Shown here piece by piece: positions 1 through 9,455 of a stretch of DNA of 64,000 nt. Origin of the DNA: a virus; the IMG/VR virus record IMGVR_UViG_3300015371_000009, positions 23,983-87,982 of that record; one strand, given 5' to 3'. Made by a program: the position numbers and the translations under genes. The stretch's first letter is position 1; every line of letters begins with the position of its first letter. Under the pieces are notes generated by a model. The model had not been told where the DNA came from. It saw nothing but the letters and a program-made list of their open reading frames with translations, and did no database searches.

Positions 1-111
1 GTCAGCGGTCGCAAGGTAAAGCTCTAAGCTGACTTTTTGCTATCGATTCAACGCCGCGCCGGGGTTCGCCCCTGCGTGCGCGGCATCCTATTACCGTCAG
101 GGAGCACATGC

Positions 112-501
112 ATGGCGCGTGCCACGGGGTCAAACCAGTTCGACGCTGAGCAGATCAGCCGGTTCCTTGATGCCATCGATCGCGAAGATGACACGCTGTT
201 GACGCTGGCCAGCGACCACATGGCCAAGTGCAAGGGCCCGCGGGCGCGGATTCGCGACACCATGAAAGCGGCCAAAGAGGCCGGCCTGAACATGGCGAGC
301 TTTCGCACCGTGGTCGCCCAGCACCGCAGCGAGCGCAAGATCGAGGAAAAAATCGCCAAGCTCGAGGAGGACGATCACGCCGATTTCCTTCAGATGAAAG
401 AGGCGCTCGGCGAATTCCTCGACACACCGTTGGGCCAGGCGGCGGTCGATCGCCATCCGGCGGCGCGCAGCGAAGACCTCGACAACTTGAGCAGCGGCTA
501 A
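112..501 (+). CDS. GapR/DUF2312-like nucleoid-associated DNA-binding protein
   Basis: ATG at 112 after GGAG. The helical pattern (QISRFLDAIDR...RIRDTMKAAKEAGLNMASFRTVV...EALG) and the C-terminal DTPLGQAA resemble phage GapR-like proteins. Confidence 0.55.
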   Translation: MARATGSNQFDAEQISRFLDAIDREDDTLLTLASDHMAKCKGPRARIRDTMKAAKEAGLNMASFRTVVAQHRSERKIEEKIAKLEEDDHADFLQMKEALGEFLDTPLGQAAVDRHPAARSEDLDNLSSG

Positions 502-505
502 GCTG

Positions 506-928
506 ATGATCCCCGACGAGCGCCGACCGACGTGTCCGAGTTGCGGGCAGCTGCTGACCGCCTACCGGCTTGGCGTGCGCTTGGGCCCGCTGCGGGCGCG
601 GCTGTTCGATTGCATCAAGCGCGCCGGGCCTGACGGTATCGCCGCCGCGGATTTGTTCGAGCTGATTTTCGCCAGCCGCAACGTCGGTCGCCAAGCGCTC
701 AAGGCCCACGTGTGGGCGATCAACATGCTGTTGCAGGACACCGACTGGAAGATCGGCAGCAACCGCGGCCGCGCGTACTGCCGCTACTGGATTGAACGCC
801 GCACCATGAAAAGGGGACACCATGGACCAGACCACGCCCACGCGCGACCTCGACAAGGCCAGAAAATTTCGCGAACTCGCCGAAGCGCGAGTATCGGCGA
901 CGATATGGCGAATTCGGCAAATCGGTAA
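506..928 (+). CDS. Hypothetical protein, CxxC plus possible winged-helix DNA-binding domain
   Basis: CPSCGQ knuckle followed by an LKAHVWAINMLL helix; tightly packed in the operon. Confidence 0.45.
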   Translation: MIPDERRPTCPSCGQLLTAYRLGVRLGPLRARLFDCIKRAGPDGIAAADLFELIFASRNVGRQALKAHVWAINMLLQDTDWKIGSNRGRAYCRYWIERRTMKRGHHGPDHAHARPRQGQKISRTRRSASIGDDMANSANR

Positions 929-1088
929 GCTCGCCCGCCGTACCAGCTACGCCTTCAATCAAGAGCAGCTCGAGGCGATTTTCAAAGCGCTGCGCGACGA
1001 AGTCGACGCCGCCGAAAAAGCCTTCGCGCCGCCGCCGCCCAAGGAAAAGTTCGGCCGCCAGCACACGTTGTTCAAGCTGGAGGACTGA
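822..1088 (+). CDS. Hypothetical phage protein
   Basis: RBS AGGGGA before the ATG; helical KFRELAEARV... sequence. Confidence 0.6.
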   Translation: MDQTTPTRDLDKARKFRELAEARVSATIWRIRQIGKLARRTSYAFNQEQLEAIFKALRDEVDAAEKAFAPPPPKEKFGRQHTLFKLED

Positions 1089-1091
1089 GCC

Positions 1092-1310
1092 ATGGCCGCG
1101 GAAGCGCTCGACCGCATGCTGGTGCGGCGCTGGGTGACGTTTGCGATGACGCTGCGCTGCGACCATTGCGGCATCGCCATGTTCGAAGACGAAGCGCCGG
1201 CCCGCAAGGCCGCCGAGTCATTGATCCGCGACGGCCAGACCGATCCGTTGATCATGCGGGAATATCACATGCTGTGCGTCGAGTGCGAAGACGATGAGGC
1301 GATCGTATGA
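1092..1310 (+). CDS. Small zinc-finger-like protein
   Basis: GGAGGA RBS; CDHC...CVEC motifs. Confidence 0.55.
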   Translation: MAAEALDRMLVRRWVTFAMTLRCDHCGIAMFEDEAPARKAAESLIRDGQTDPLIMREYHMLCVECEDDEAIV

Positions 1311-1471
1311 GCGAGCTGGCCAAGGCGATCAAAAAGATTCGCGCCGACCTGGTCTGGCGCGGACCGACCGGCCGTCAGGCCGGCGTGATCGTGCTCGATC
1401 GCGCCATGGCGGAGGTGGTGCTGGAAGCGCTGGAGAAAAAGCAAAAGCAACCGGAGCCGGTCAAAGCATGA
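1307..1471 (+). CDS. Small hypothetical protein (54 aa, not in the ORF track)
   Basis: MSELAKAIKKIRADLVW...; ATGA overlaps with both neighbours. Confidence 0.55.
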   Translation: MSELAKAIKKIRADLVWRGPTGRQAGVIVLDRAMAEVVLEALEKKQKQPEPVKA

Positions 1472-2493
1472 ATGCGGCCACGCTGTTTTCCGGAATCGGT
1501 GCGCCAGAGGTTGCCATGCCGCATTGGCGCTGGCTGTGGCATGCCGAAGTCGAGCAATTTCCGAACGCGGTGCTGTGCTTGCGGCATCCGCAATCGATCA
1601 ACCTCGGAGATGTCAACGCCCATGACTTCACGCAAAGGGCCGAAGCCGTCGGACGGCCAGACATCATTGTTTTCGGAAGCCCCTGCCAGTCATTCAGCAT
1701 CGCCGGAGAACGTCTTGGCCTGGATGATCCGCGCGGTAACTTGGCGCTCATCGCCCTGGGAATTGTTGACCGACTTAAACCCGCTTGGTTCGCCTTTGAG
1801 AATGTGCCCGGACTCCTGTCATCAGGAGATGGACGGGACTTTGGTGCCTTTGTCCGGACGGTGGATGAACTCGGGTATTCTGGCGCATGGGCAAGCCTGG
1901 ACGCGCAATGGACCGGAGTGGCGCAGCGGCGCGAGCGTCTGTTTTTTGTCGGACACCTTGGAGACTGGCGACGTGTCGCCGCGGTACTTTTTGAGCCGGA
2001 AAGCTTGTGCGGGCATCATCCGCCGCGCCGCCAGCCGGGGCAAGGAGCTGCCGCGGCAATTGCAGGCGGCGCTGCAGGCGGGAGCGAATGCGACGGCGTG
2101 ACCGCCGACGTGGCCGACCCGATCAGCGCCAACGAAGCCAAGACCTACACCCACGAAGGCACCAACAATTTCCGCATGCACAATTTGGTGTTCGGCGGCA
2201 ACAACACCGTCGGGCCGATTGACGTGGCGACGGCTTGTCGCGCCAAGGGCGGCAGCGGCCATTTCGATTTCGAAAGCGAGAGCTTTGTCGCCACGGTCGG
2301 CACCGGCATGGTGCGGCGGCTGACGCCGCGCGAGTGCGAGCGGCTGCAGGGCTTCCCCGACGATTACACGCTGGTGAATTATCGCGGCCGGCCGGTTTCC
2401 GACGGCCCGCGCTACAAGGCGCTGGGCAATTCGATGGCGGTGCCGGTGGTGCGCTGGATACTCAGCCGGATCGAAGCGGTGGAGCAATTATGA
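1468..2493 (+). CDS. DNA (cytosine-5) methyltransferase
   Basis: Motifs I (LFSGIG), IV (GSPCQSFS), VI (ENVPG), VIII (QRRERLFFVG), IX (RRLTPRECERLQGFP) and X (LGNSM). Confidence 0.93.
   Translation: MNAATLFSGIGAPEVAMPHWRWLWHAEVEQFPNAVLCLRHPQSINLGDVNAHDFTQRAEAVGRPDIIVFGSPCQSFSIAGERLGLDDPRGNLALIALGIVDRLKPAWFAFENVPGLLSSGDGRDFGAFVRTVDELGYSGAWASLDAQWTGVAQRRERLFFVGHLGDWRRVAAVLFEPESLCGHHPPRRQPGQGAAAAIAGGAAGGSECDGVTADVADPISANEAKTYTHEGTNNFRMHNLVFGGNNTVGPIDVATACRAKGGSGHFDFESESFVATVGTGMVRRLTPRECERLQGFPDDYTLVNYRGRPVSDGPRYKALGNSMAVPVVRWILSRIEAVEQL
1610..2101 (+). CDS. Possible overlapping +1-frame polypeptide inside the methyltransferase gene
   Basis: Open +1 frame ending in the protein-like LSDTLETGDVSPRYFLSRKACAGIIRRAASRGKELPRQLQAAL; start uncertain. 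Confidence 0.45.
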   Translation: MSTPMTSRKGPKPSDGQTSLFSEAPASHSASPENVLAWMIRAVTWRSSPWELLTDLNPLGSPLRMCPDSCHQEMDGTLVPLSGRWMNSGILAHGQAWTRNGPEWRSGASVCFLSDTLETGDVSPRYFLSRKACAGIIRRAASRGKELPRQLQAALQAGANATA

Positions 2494-2510
2494 AACGCTC
2501 TGCCGCAGCA

Positions 2511-2756
2511 TCAGCTCCCGGTGTGCGCCGCGCGGCGCAGCACCTCATCGATCATTTCCTCGGTCGCCATGTCGGCGTCGGATATGTCGATGCCAAGCTC
2601 GCGGGCGAAGATGTGAAAGGCTTCCTCCGCCGCGGCTTGCCGATCGGAGCCCCAGTCATCGCCGCCGTCGCGCTCGCGATTGCCGGGCGGAAAGATCGGC
2701 TGGGGGCGCGCCGCCTCGGCGAGCGCGTGCAGCTTTTTGCGCTGTTCGTCGGTCAT
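2511..2756 (-). CDS. Hypothetical protein (minus-strand island 1)
   Basis: Operon-like spacing and RBS. Confidence 0.65.
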   Translation of the reverse strand: MTDEQRKKLHALAEAARPQPIFPPGNRERDGGDDWGSDRQAAAEEAFHIFARELGIDISDADMATEEMIDEVLRRAAHTGS

Positions 2757-2759
2757 GGT

Positions 2760-3149
2760 TCAGCTCCCGGCGCGCGCCGCGCGGTCGACAACGGCCTCGG
2801 TGTTGTAGGGATATTTCTTGATGAACGCGGGAATGTCGTGCTCGGCCTCGCCGGCAAGCCTGATGATGCCCTTGAGGTCCTTGGCCTCGGTGCAAGCAAC
2901 CTCGCAGAATTCGGCATCGTAGACGCCGATCATGTACGGCTCATCGAGCCGCTCGCCCAGCTCGACGCCGTCAAGAACGGTGATCCAAACACAATAGCCG
3001 TTGATGACGCGCTCCCAGGCAAGGCAGCCGCCGCCGGTGTGGCGCACTTCAAAGCCGGCGCGCGTCATGCGCTTGCCGACCGTGCTGCGGTAGGCCGCGG
3101 CCTCGGTCCGCTCCAGCCAATTGAAAAACCGATCGGTGTCGCTTGTCAT
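2760..3149 (-). CDS. Hypothetical protein (island 1)
   Basis: Operon spacing; HTGGGC motif. Confidence 0.7.
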   Translation of the reverse strand: MTSDTDRFFNWLERTEAAAYRSTVGKRMTRAGFEVRHTGGGCLAWERVINGYCVWITVLDGVELGERLDEPYMIGVYDAEFCEVACTEAKDLKGIIRLAGEAEHDIPAFIKKYPYNTEAVVDRAARAGS

Positions 3150-3152
3150 GAT

Positions 3153-3596
3153 TCAGCGCTCCACGATGTCCCAGCGCCGGCAGAAGTCCCGCAGCCACGC
3201 GTGCTGCGCCTCGGTCAGGCTTTCGTCGAACAGATGTTCGTCGGCGGAGCCCAAGTTGAGGCCCTGCGATTCGTTCCATTGCTGATATTCGTCGATCAGC
3301 GAATCCAGCGCCTTATCGTCGGCGTAGCCGGCCGACATGGCGAAATCAAAAAGCTCGCGCTCCAGTTTTTCCAGGTCATCGCTGATCCATTCGTCGCGGC
3401 CGATCATCAGATACCACTGGCCGCGGGCGCGGGCGTTGTTCGGCCAATCCGGCCGCACCTCTTCGATGTAGAGCGCGCCGAGATAGAGCAAGCCGCTGGC
3501 CGGCGATTTGTCCTCTTCCCATCGTGCATCATCGAGCGCTTTGCCCAGGTCGGCGCATGGCCGGCGGGTTGCCTGAAACTGTTCGAACGTCATCAT
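3153..3596 (-). CDS. Hypothetical protein (island 1)
   Basis: Strong RBS GAGGAGA directly downstream of the promoter at 3616-3645. Confidence 0.75.
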   Translation of the reverse strand: MMTFEQFQATRRPCADLGKALDDARWEEDKSPASGLLYLGALYIEEVRPDWPNNARARGQWYLMIGRDEWISDDLEKLERELFDFAMSAGYADDKALDSLIDEYQQWNESQGLNLGSADEHLFDESLTEAQHAWLRDFCRRWDIVER

Positions 3597-3615
3597 CGAT
3601 TTCTCCTCTCCGCTC

Positions 3616-3645
3616 TATATAGGTCATTCTGGCCGCTGCGTCAAG
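3616..3645 (-). promoter_or_regulatory. Sigma70-type promoter with palindromic box (copy 1)
   Basis: Minus strand reads CTTGAC-N5-GGCCAGAATGACC-TATATA. Confidence 0.8.
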
Positions 3646-3678
3646 CTGCCGAAATCGCCGGTATTTCAGGGGGTTGCC

Positions 3679-4194
3679 ATGTATGACGGGCCGACCCCGA
3701 TCGTGGTCACTCTGACCTATGCGCAAATCAGCATGGCCGCGCACGTGGCGGTGATGCGCTTGACCAGCAACATGAAAGCCGGCCGCAAGCCGCGCAACGG
3801 CGCCAGCCGGATATGGGACATGGACGTCAACGGCGCCTGCGGCGAGCTGGCGACGGCGCTCTGGCTCAATCTGTTCTGGTGCGGCGCGCTGAACAATTTC
3901 GAGGCGCGCGATGTCGGTGGCCTGATCGACGTGCGGGCCGGCTCGAAAGCCGACTACCGGCTGATCCTGCACGACGATGATCCGGATGACGTGCCGTTCG
4001 TCAACGCCTGGGTCGAGCTGCCGATCGTCAAGCTGGCCGGCTGGGCGTTTGCGCATGAAGGCAAGCGTCGCGAGTTCTGGCAGGACCCGCTGGGTTTTCG
4101 GCCGGCGTATTTCATGCCGAACAAGTTGCTCCACCCAATGGCAGAGCTGCGCCAGTGGGTGGAGCGCGTGGGGGTGATGGAGGTCAGCACATGA
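3679..4194 (+). CDS. Hypothetical phage protein, possibly PD-(D/E)XK-like
   Basis: GELA...DVGGLIDVR pattern; function uncertain. Confidence 0.55.
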   Translation: MYDGPTPIVVTLTYAQISMAAHVAVMRLTSNMKAGRKPRNGASRIWDMDVNGACGELATALWLNLFWCGALNNFEARDVGGLIDVRAGSKADYRLILHDDDPDDVPFVNAWVELPIVKLAGWAFAHEGKRREFWQDPLGFRPAYFMPNKLLHPMAELRQWVERVGVMEVST

Positions 4195-5705
4195 GCGGCT
4201 TTCTTGCCTCGATCGTGCAGCGTTGGCACCGCCTGCTATTGATATTCCGTCGCCGGCCGCTGCCGGCGCCGCCACCGCCGGCCGTGGTTGAGGCGCCACC
4301 GCCGCCGCCACTGCCACCGGCAACGCCGTTGCCGCCGGCCGACGCGGATTTGCGGGATGATGACCAGGTGGTGCTGCGCTACGACGATGTGCCGCAAAAA
4401 GTGCGGCGCAAGCCGGATGTCTGGTTGCCGGGCCGTGCGCCGAAAAAGCGTGAGCGCAAACCGCGCGATCCCAATGTGCCGGCAGCGCCGCCACGCCCGC
4501 GCCGGGCCAAACAACAAGTTGCCACGGCTGGCGCCGGTGCGGTGTGGGATATGAGCCGGGCTGGCGTCGAGGAGGCCGGCACGTTCTATTTCCGCGGCGC
4601 GCTGCTCAACGATCTGCCGCGGTATTTCCGGTCGTTGCGCCGGCTGCGCGGCGCCGATCCGAATTCTTATCATCTGTGCTCGACCATCGGCATGAGCCTG
4701 ATGCCGGTGCGGATGATCGGTTTCATCGGCGAGCTGCCGGTATGGTGGCATGATGCCAGCAAGCGACCGAATTTCGGCGCGGCGTCGTTTGCCGATCACG
4801 ACCTGGATGAGGGCAACACGCTGCGGCTGACCTACTTCCAGCACGTGGCGATTCCGTCGGCGGACGTCGAGCCGACCAGCGGTCAGGTCTATCGCGTCAC
4901 ATGCTACTTCGACGATTTCAATACAGAGCAACATCCGACCAGGCGGCGCGCGCCGAAATGGCTGCGCAAGCACGGCGTTTGCCTTTGCTATTACGTCAGC
5001 GTTGACGTTGCCAGCAAGGTCAGGGTGCTGAGGCAGCTGCAGCTGCGCTATCAGCATGTCAGCTATCGCAGCGGCCAGCATTCGCCCAGCAACCGGCCCA
5101 GCAGCTCGAACGGCAGCCGCACCCGCAAAATGCGGTTCACCCACTCGATTCCGATGAAGCTATGGGACTATCCGGAATTCATGCGTGACTGGTATCGCGA
5201 GCGGTTTGACGATCGCAACGACCCGCGCACCAAGGACGATGAGCAGATGGCGCGGCACTTCGCGCGCACATTCATTTGCATCACCAGCTTTGCCAACGCC
5301 AACGACACCGGTGTGCGCGTGGCCATCACCGCCCGCGATGGCCTGTGCGCCAGCTTTGCCTTGGACATGAAACGGTCGGCGTATTTTTTCAAGGACCGCG
5401 ACGTGGTGCTGACCGCGCAAGGCAAGCGGGCACGGGTGTTTCACGTGGTGCGGCCGCACATCCGGCATCTGCAGGATGGCCGCGAGCTGCCGCTGAAAAT
5501 GCACTTCCGGGGTTTGCGCAAATTCCCGTGGGGCGAATACCAAGTGCACATCACCGTGCCTGGTTTGCATCACTCGCCGCTGATCGAGCTGATGCCGGAG
5601 CTGTACGACTACAAGACCGCGCTCGGCCTCGGCCACGATGAGAAAGACCTGATGACCACCAAGGCCGCCGCCAAGGAAATCCGCGAATATCTGGAGCAGT
5701 CGTAG
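4191..5705 (+). CDS. Large hypothetical phage protein
   Basis: Long ORF with a Pro-rich N-terminus and C-terminal HVVRPHIR / HFRG motifs. Confidence 0.7.
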   Translation: MSGFLASIVQRWHRLLLIFRRRPLPAPPPPAVVEAPPPPPLPPATPLPPADADLRDDDQVVLRYDDVPQKVRRKPDVWLPGRAPKKRERKPRDPNVPAAPPRPRRAKQQVATAGAGAVWDMSRAGVEEAGTFYFRGALLNDLPRYFRSLRRLRGADPNSYHLCSTIGMSLMPVRMIGFIGELPVWWHDASKRPNFGAASFADHDLDEGNTLRLTYFQHVAIPSADVEPTSGQVYRVTCYFDDFNTEQHPTRRRAPKWLRKHGVCLCYYVSVDVASKVRVLRQLQLRYQHVSYRSGQHSPSNRPSSSNGSRTRKMRFTHSIPMKLWDYPEFMRDWYRERFDDRNDPRTKDDEQMARHFARTFICITSFANANDTGVRVAITARDGLCASFALDMKRSAYFFKDRDVVLTAQGKRARVFHVVRPHIRHLQDGRELPLKMHFRGLRKFPWGEYQVHITVPGLHHSPLIELMPELYDYKTALGLGHDEKDLMTTKAAAKEIREYLEQS

Positions 5706-5714
5706 GTTAGGCTG

Positions 5715-6161
5715 ATGGCAAAAAACAATATTGCAGACCGAATGTTGGATTGGGTTGAACCAGCTTCAAACCTGATCTGGAAGCAATTGAAGATTAAAAA
5801 TATCGAGGCGCTGTGCAGTCAGTGTGATCGGGAGTTTGACGAAAACGATCTGGCGGCAGCAAGTGTGGTTGCAACGTCGCGCGCCAATTTCAGTGTTGTG
5901 GCGGATAAGATCAGCTCTCGGCGATCCTTCGCTGTGGGGAAGGAGATTGAGACTAGCATTGCGAAGATTCAGAAAAAGCTTGCACGAGAGATTGGAAACG
6001 ACAAAGCAGAGCGCACGATGGCCGCTGCGATCGGTTTTGTGAACTGCAGGATGCTGGTCAACATCATTGTCATGCGTTCGGTCACGAAAGAAATCGAACG
6101 AATTATCGAGGAGGAGGACGAAAAGGATCGCCGTAAGAAGATCGGGGCTAGGCAACCATGA
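5715..6161 (+). CDS. Hypothetical protein, lower GC than its neighbours
   Basis: Open frame; its stop overlaps the next start (ATGA). Confidence 0.55.
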   Translation: MAKNNIADRMLDWVEPASNLIWKQLKIKNIEALCSQCDREFDENDLAAASVVATSRANFSVVADKISSRRSFAVGKEIETSIAKIQKKLAREIGNDKAERTMAAAIGFVNCRMLVNIIVMRSVTKEIERIIEEEDEKDRRKKIGARQP

Positions 6162-6724
6162 CCGACATTCTGGCCCTCGACATTGCGACGGTGACCGGCT
6201 GGGCCCGCGGCCGCGTCGGCGAGGAGCCGCGTTGCGGTTCGATTCGATTCTCGACCAAGGGTGCGTCACAGCTGGCGATCTGCGGCCGCGCACTCGACTG
6301 GATGATTCAGACGCTGAAGCCGCCGCTGCCCGACGTGGTGGCGATCGAGGGCTTGCTGCCGCCGCACACCATCAAGAAGCAATCGAATGTCGATCATGAC
6401 TTGCTGGCGCAGTTGCACGGAATTGTGCTCGGCGTCTGCTTCATGCGCGGCATCTACAAAGTGAATCGGCACGCGCTGCCCAGCATCCGCGCGCACTTCA
6501 TTAACGGTCCGTGCGCCAAGGGTCAGGCCAAGCGCATGGTGATCGAGCGGTGTCGTTGGCTCGGCTGGCTGGAGGCAGCCGACGATGACGCTGCCGATGC
6601 GTTGGCCGTCTGGAGTTATCAGGCGGCGCTGATCGACCCCGAACAGACGATCCGGATTTCCCCATTATTCCGCAAAAATTTTTTGACGAAAAAGCTTGGA
6701 TTGGCTGCAGACACAAAGGCTTAG
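6158..6724 (+). CDS. RuvC-like Holliday junction resolvase
   Basis: ILALDIATVTGWA, VAIE and DDAADALAV acidic catalytic motifs. Confidence 0.8.
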   Translation: MTDILALDIATVTGWARGRVGEEPRCGSIRFSTKGASQLAICGRALDWMIQTLKPPLPDVVAIEGLLPPHTIKKQSNVDHDLLAQLHGIVLGVCFMRGIYKVNRHALPSIRAHFINGPCAKGQAKRMVIERCRWLGWLEAADDDAADALAVWSYQAALIDPEQTIRISPLFRKNFLTKKLGLAADTKA

Positions 6725-6735
6725 GAAGGTGACCC

Positions 6736-8874
6736 GTGGCGACCATTTCCGACGCTGGTCATGCCCTTGCGGCGCTGATCGAGCCCGTAGCGCGCCTGCT
6801 GCTGGGCGAGCCGAACACGCGGCTGTCATCCGATCATGAACTTCGTTACGGCAGCCGCGGCAGTTTTTCGATCGATCTGCAAAAAGGTGTTTGGCACGAC
6901 CACGAAACCGGCGAAGGCGGTGGCGTGCTCGATCTGGTGCAACGTGAGACTGGGCTGACCGAAGCGCGCCGTTGCGTGCAGTGGCTGGAAGAGGCCGGCT
7001 TTGATCTTGAGCGCGAGCAGCCGCCGCGCAAGGGCAAGCCCAAGCCCAAGGACAAAGATAACGGCAAGGGCTCGCACTTCAACATCGTTGCCACCTATGA
7101 CTACACCGACGAAATCGGTCATCTGCTGTTTCAGGTTTGTCGGCTCGATCCGAAAGATTTCCGCCAGCGCAAGCCTGATCATGGTGGCTGGTCGTGGTCG
7201 GTGCGCGGCGTGCGCAACGTGCCATACCGATTGCCGGAGCTGCTTGAGCAATTGGCGGAGCAGCATGTTGTGTTCGTGGTCGAGGGTGAAAAGGACGCCA
7301 ACAATCTTTGGCAGCTCGGCATTCCGGCGACCACCAATGCCGGCGGCGCCGGCAAGTGGCGTGCGGAGCTGAACGAATTTTTTTCCGGCGCCGACGTGGT
7401 GATCATCGAAGACAACGACCCACAGAAAAAACATCCGAAGACCGGCGAGCTGATGTTTCATGACGATGGCCGGCCGATCCTGCCCGGCCAGGATCACGCG
7501 CAAGCGGTGGCCGCGGCGCTCGACGGCATCGCCACACGGGTGCGGGTGCTGAAGCTCGTGCAATTTTGGCCGGCGATGCCGCTCAAGGGCGACGTTTCCG
7601 ATTGGCTCGAGCACGGCGGCGGTTCGCCCGAGATGCTGTTCGAAATTATCGAGCAGCTGCCGGATTGGCGGCCACCGGCCAAGCCACCAGAGCAGCAACC
7701 ACCGCCGCCCGAATGGGGCGAGCTGCCCGCGGTCAGCGATCTGCCGCCGCTCGACGTCATGGATTTGGTGGCGCTGCAGGGCGTGCCGGTGCCGCTGCAG
7801 CGCTGGCAAGTGCCGGGACTGGTGCCGTCCTGCAATGTCAGCCTGCTGTCAGGCGACGGCGGCATCGGCAAAACATTGCTGATGCAACAGCTCGCGGTCG
7901 CCACCGTGCTCGGTCGTGACTGGATCGGATTGTTGCCTGAACCAGGTCCGGTGCTGCTGATTTCAGCGGAGGATGACGTCAACGAAATTCATTTTCGGCT
8001 GGACAAAATTATCCGCCGCTATGGTGCGAGCTGGACCGACCTCAAAGACCTCCACATTATTTCGCTGGCCGGCAAGGACGCAGCGTTCGCGGTCGCCGGC
8101 AACAATCACATCGTCAAACCCACATTGCTCTGGTTTGCGATCTGTGAACTGGCCCGGCGTATCCGACCGAAAATGATCGGCATCGATACCGCGGCCGACG
8201 TGTTCTTGGTCGAGGAGCGCGATCGCGCGCAAGCCCGGCAATGCATCTCGCTGTTGCGCGGCCTCAGCATGGAAGTCAACGCCGCAACGCTGCTGCTGTC
8301 ACATCCAAGTTTGCACGGCATTCAATCGGGCAGTGGCCAGAGCGGCTCAACCGGATGGAATAATTCGGTGCGCTCGCGGCTCTACCTCTACACGCCGCAG
8401 GATGACGAAATCGCGACAAGCAAAGACATTCGCGTGCTCGAAACCAAAAAAGCCAACTACACCGCGCACGGCCAACAGGTCCGGTTGAAATGGAATGAAG
8501 GCCTGTTCGAGCTTGAGAGCAGCGGGCAACCGCAAACCGCCTACGACAAGGCGTCGGTCGAACAACGCGCGCTGTCAATTTTCAAGGCGCTGCTCAACGT
8601 CCACAACAACGGCGACATCCCGGTCAGCGCCACCATGGGCGCCCGCAATTACGCGCCAACGGTGTTCGCCAGAATGGATCAAGCAAAGCTGCTGGCACCC
8701 AATCACAAGGGACGAATGAACCTCCTGCGCGACGCAATGTACGCCCTGCTGAAGACCGGCGAGGTGGCCAACGGCCAGGGTCCAGCCTGGAAACCGCCCT
8801 CAAAACAGACCGCGTGCCTCTACACGGTGAAGTTGCCGGAGCCTGAATTTATCCAGGAGGAGTTGAAAATATGA
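6736..8874 (+). CDS. Primase-helicase (TOPRIM plus RepA/AAA_25 helicase)
   Basis: VEGEKDA and EDND TOPRIM motifs; Walker A GDGGIGKT; LISAED; HPS...SGSTGWNNSVRSR. Confidence 0.9.
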   Translation: MATISDAGHALAALIEPVARLLLGEPNTRLSSDHELRYGSRGSFSIDLQKGVWHDHETGEGGGVLDLVQRETGLTEARRCVQWLEEAGFDLEREQPPRKGKPKPKDKDNGKGSHFNIVATYDYTDEIGHLLFQVCRLDPKDFRQRKPDHGGWSWSVRGVRNVPYRLPELLEQLAEQHVVFVVEGEKDANNLWQLGIPATTNAGGAGKWRAELNEFFSGADVVIIEDNDPQKKHPKTGELMFHDDGRPILPGQDHAQAVAAALDGIATRVRVLKLVQFWPAMPLKGDVSDWLEHGGGSPEMLFEIIEQLPDWRPPAKPPEQQPPPPEWGELPAVSDLPPLDVMDLVALQGVPVPLQRWQVPGLVPSCNVSLLSGDGGIGKTLLMQQLAVATVLGRDWIGLLPEPGPVLLISAEDDVNEIHFRLDKIIRRYGASWTDLKDLHIISLAGKDAAFAVAGNNHIVKPTLLWFAICELARRIRPKMIGIDTAADVFLVEERDRAQARQCISLLRGLSMEVNAATLLLSHPSLHGIQSGSGQSGSTGWNNSVRSRLYLYTPQDDEIATSKDIRVLETKKANYTAHGQQVRLKWNEGLFELESSGQPQTAYDKASVEQRALSIFKALLNVHNNGDIPVSATMGARNYAPTVFARMDQAKLLAPNHKGRMNLLRDAMYALLKTGEVANGQGPAWKPPSKQTACLYTVKLPEPEFIQEELKI

Positions 8875-8876
8875 CT

Positions 8877-9012
8877 GCCGCACCTTCCGCACCCCCTGCC
8901 GCACCCCCTGCTTCACCGGGTGTCGCACCCCCTGCCGTACCCCCTGCCGCACGTCGAAAAAGCTGCCGCACCCCCTGCCGCACCCCCTGTGCCTCTGTCC
9001 CCTTATATATCC
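8877..9012. repeat. Iteron-like repeats, candidate replication origin
   Basis: Six (C/T)ACCCCCTG copies at 8890, 8902, 8926, 8938, 8969 and 8981, followed by TTATATAT, immediately after the primase-helicase gene. Confidence 0.6.
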
Positions 9013-9148
9013 TAGCGCGTTCGCTACGGCGTAACGCGCGCCTCATAGAGGCGCACGCCTTGCTCACGCTGCATTGCGGTAGATCGGTCAGTGATGCTGA
9101 CCGTTATGAACTAACCCCGACGATTGTTCATAACGGCGAGGTGCGATC

Positions 9149-9454
9149 ATGACCCGCCGCACCCTGCCGCAGCGCCGGCATGCCGAAACTTTTGAATTGA
9201 AGTTCGGCGCCAATCAAACCGTCTTCCAGGTCACGCTGGGACGCTACGCCAACGGCGACCTTGGCGAGGTCTTCATCAGCAACGCCAAAGCTGGCAGTGA
9301 GCTGGATGCAATCGCTCGAGATGCTGCGGTGTTGTTGTCGATCGCGATCCAATTCGGAATTCCGCTCGACGTCATGCGCCATGCGATCACGCGCGAAGCA
9401 AGCGGTGCCGCCTCCACGATTATCGGCACGCTGCTCGATCGGCTGGAGGCGTGA
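9149..9454 (+). CDS. Stand-alone TSCPD-like domain (NrdJ C-terminal-like)
   Basis: RRTLPQRR...GEVFI...KAGS...LLSIAIQFGIPL pattern. Confidence 0.7.
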   Translation: MTRRTLPQRRHAETFELKFGANQTVFQVTLGRYANGDLGEVFISNAKAGSELDAIARDAAVLLSIAIQFGIPLDVMRHAITREASGAASTIIGTLLDRLEA

Positions 9455-9455
9455 C

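Noticed and set aside
2235-3686. 483-aa plus-strand ORF
   Set aside because: Antisense shadow of three minus-strand genes that have RBSs and a promoter; it has no protein-like motifs.
8871-9152. 93-aa Pro/Ala ORF
   Set aside because: Its sequence is explained by the DNA-level iteron repeats.
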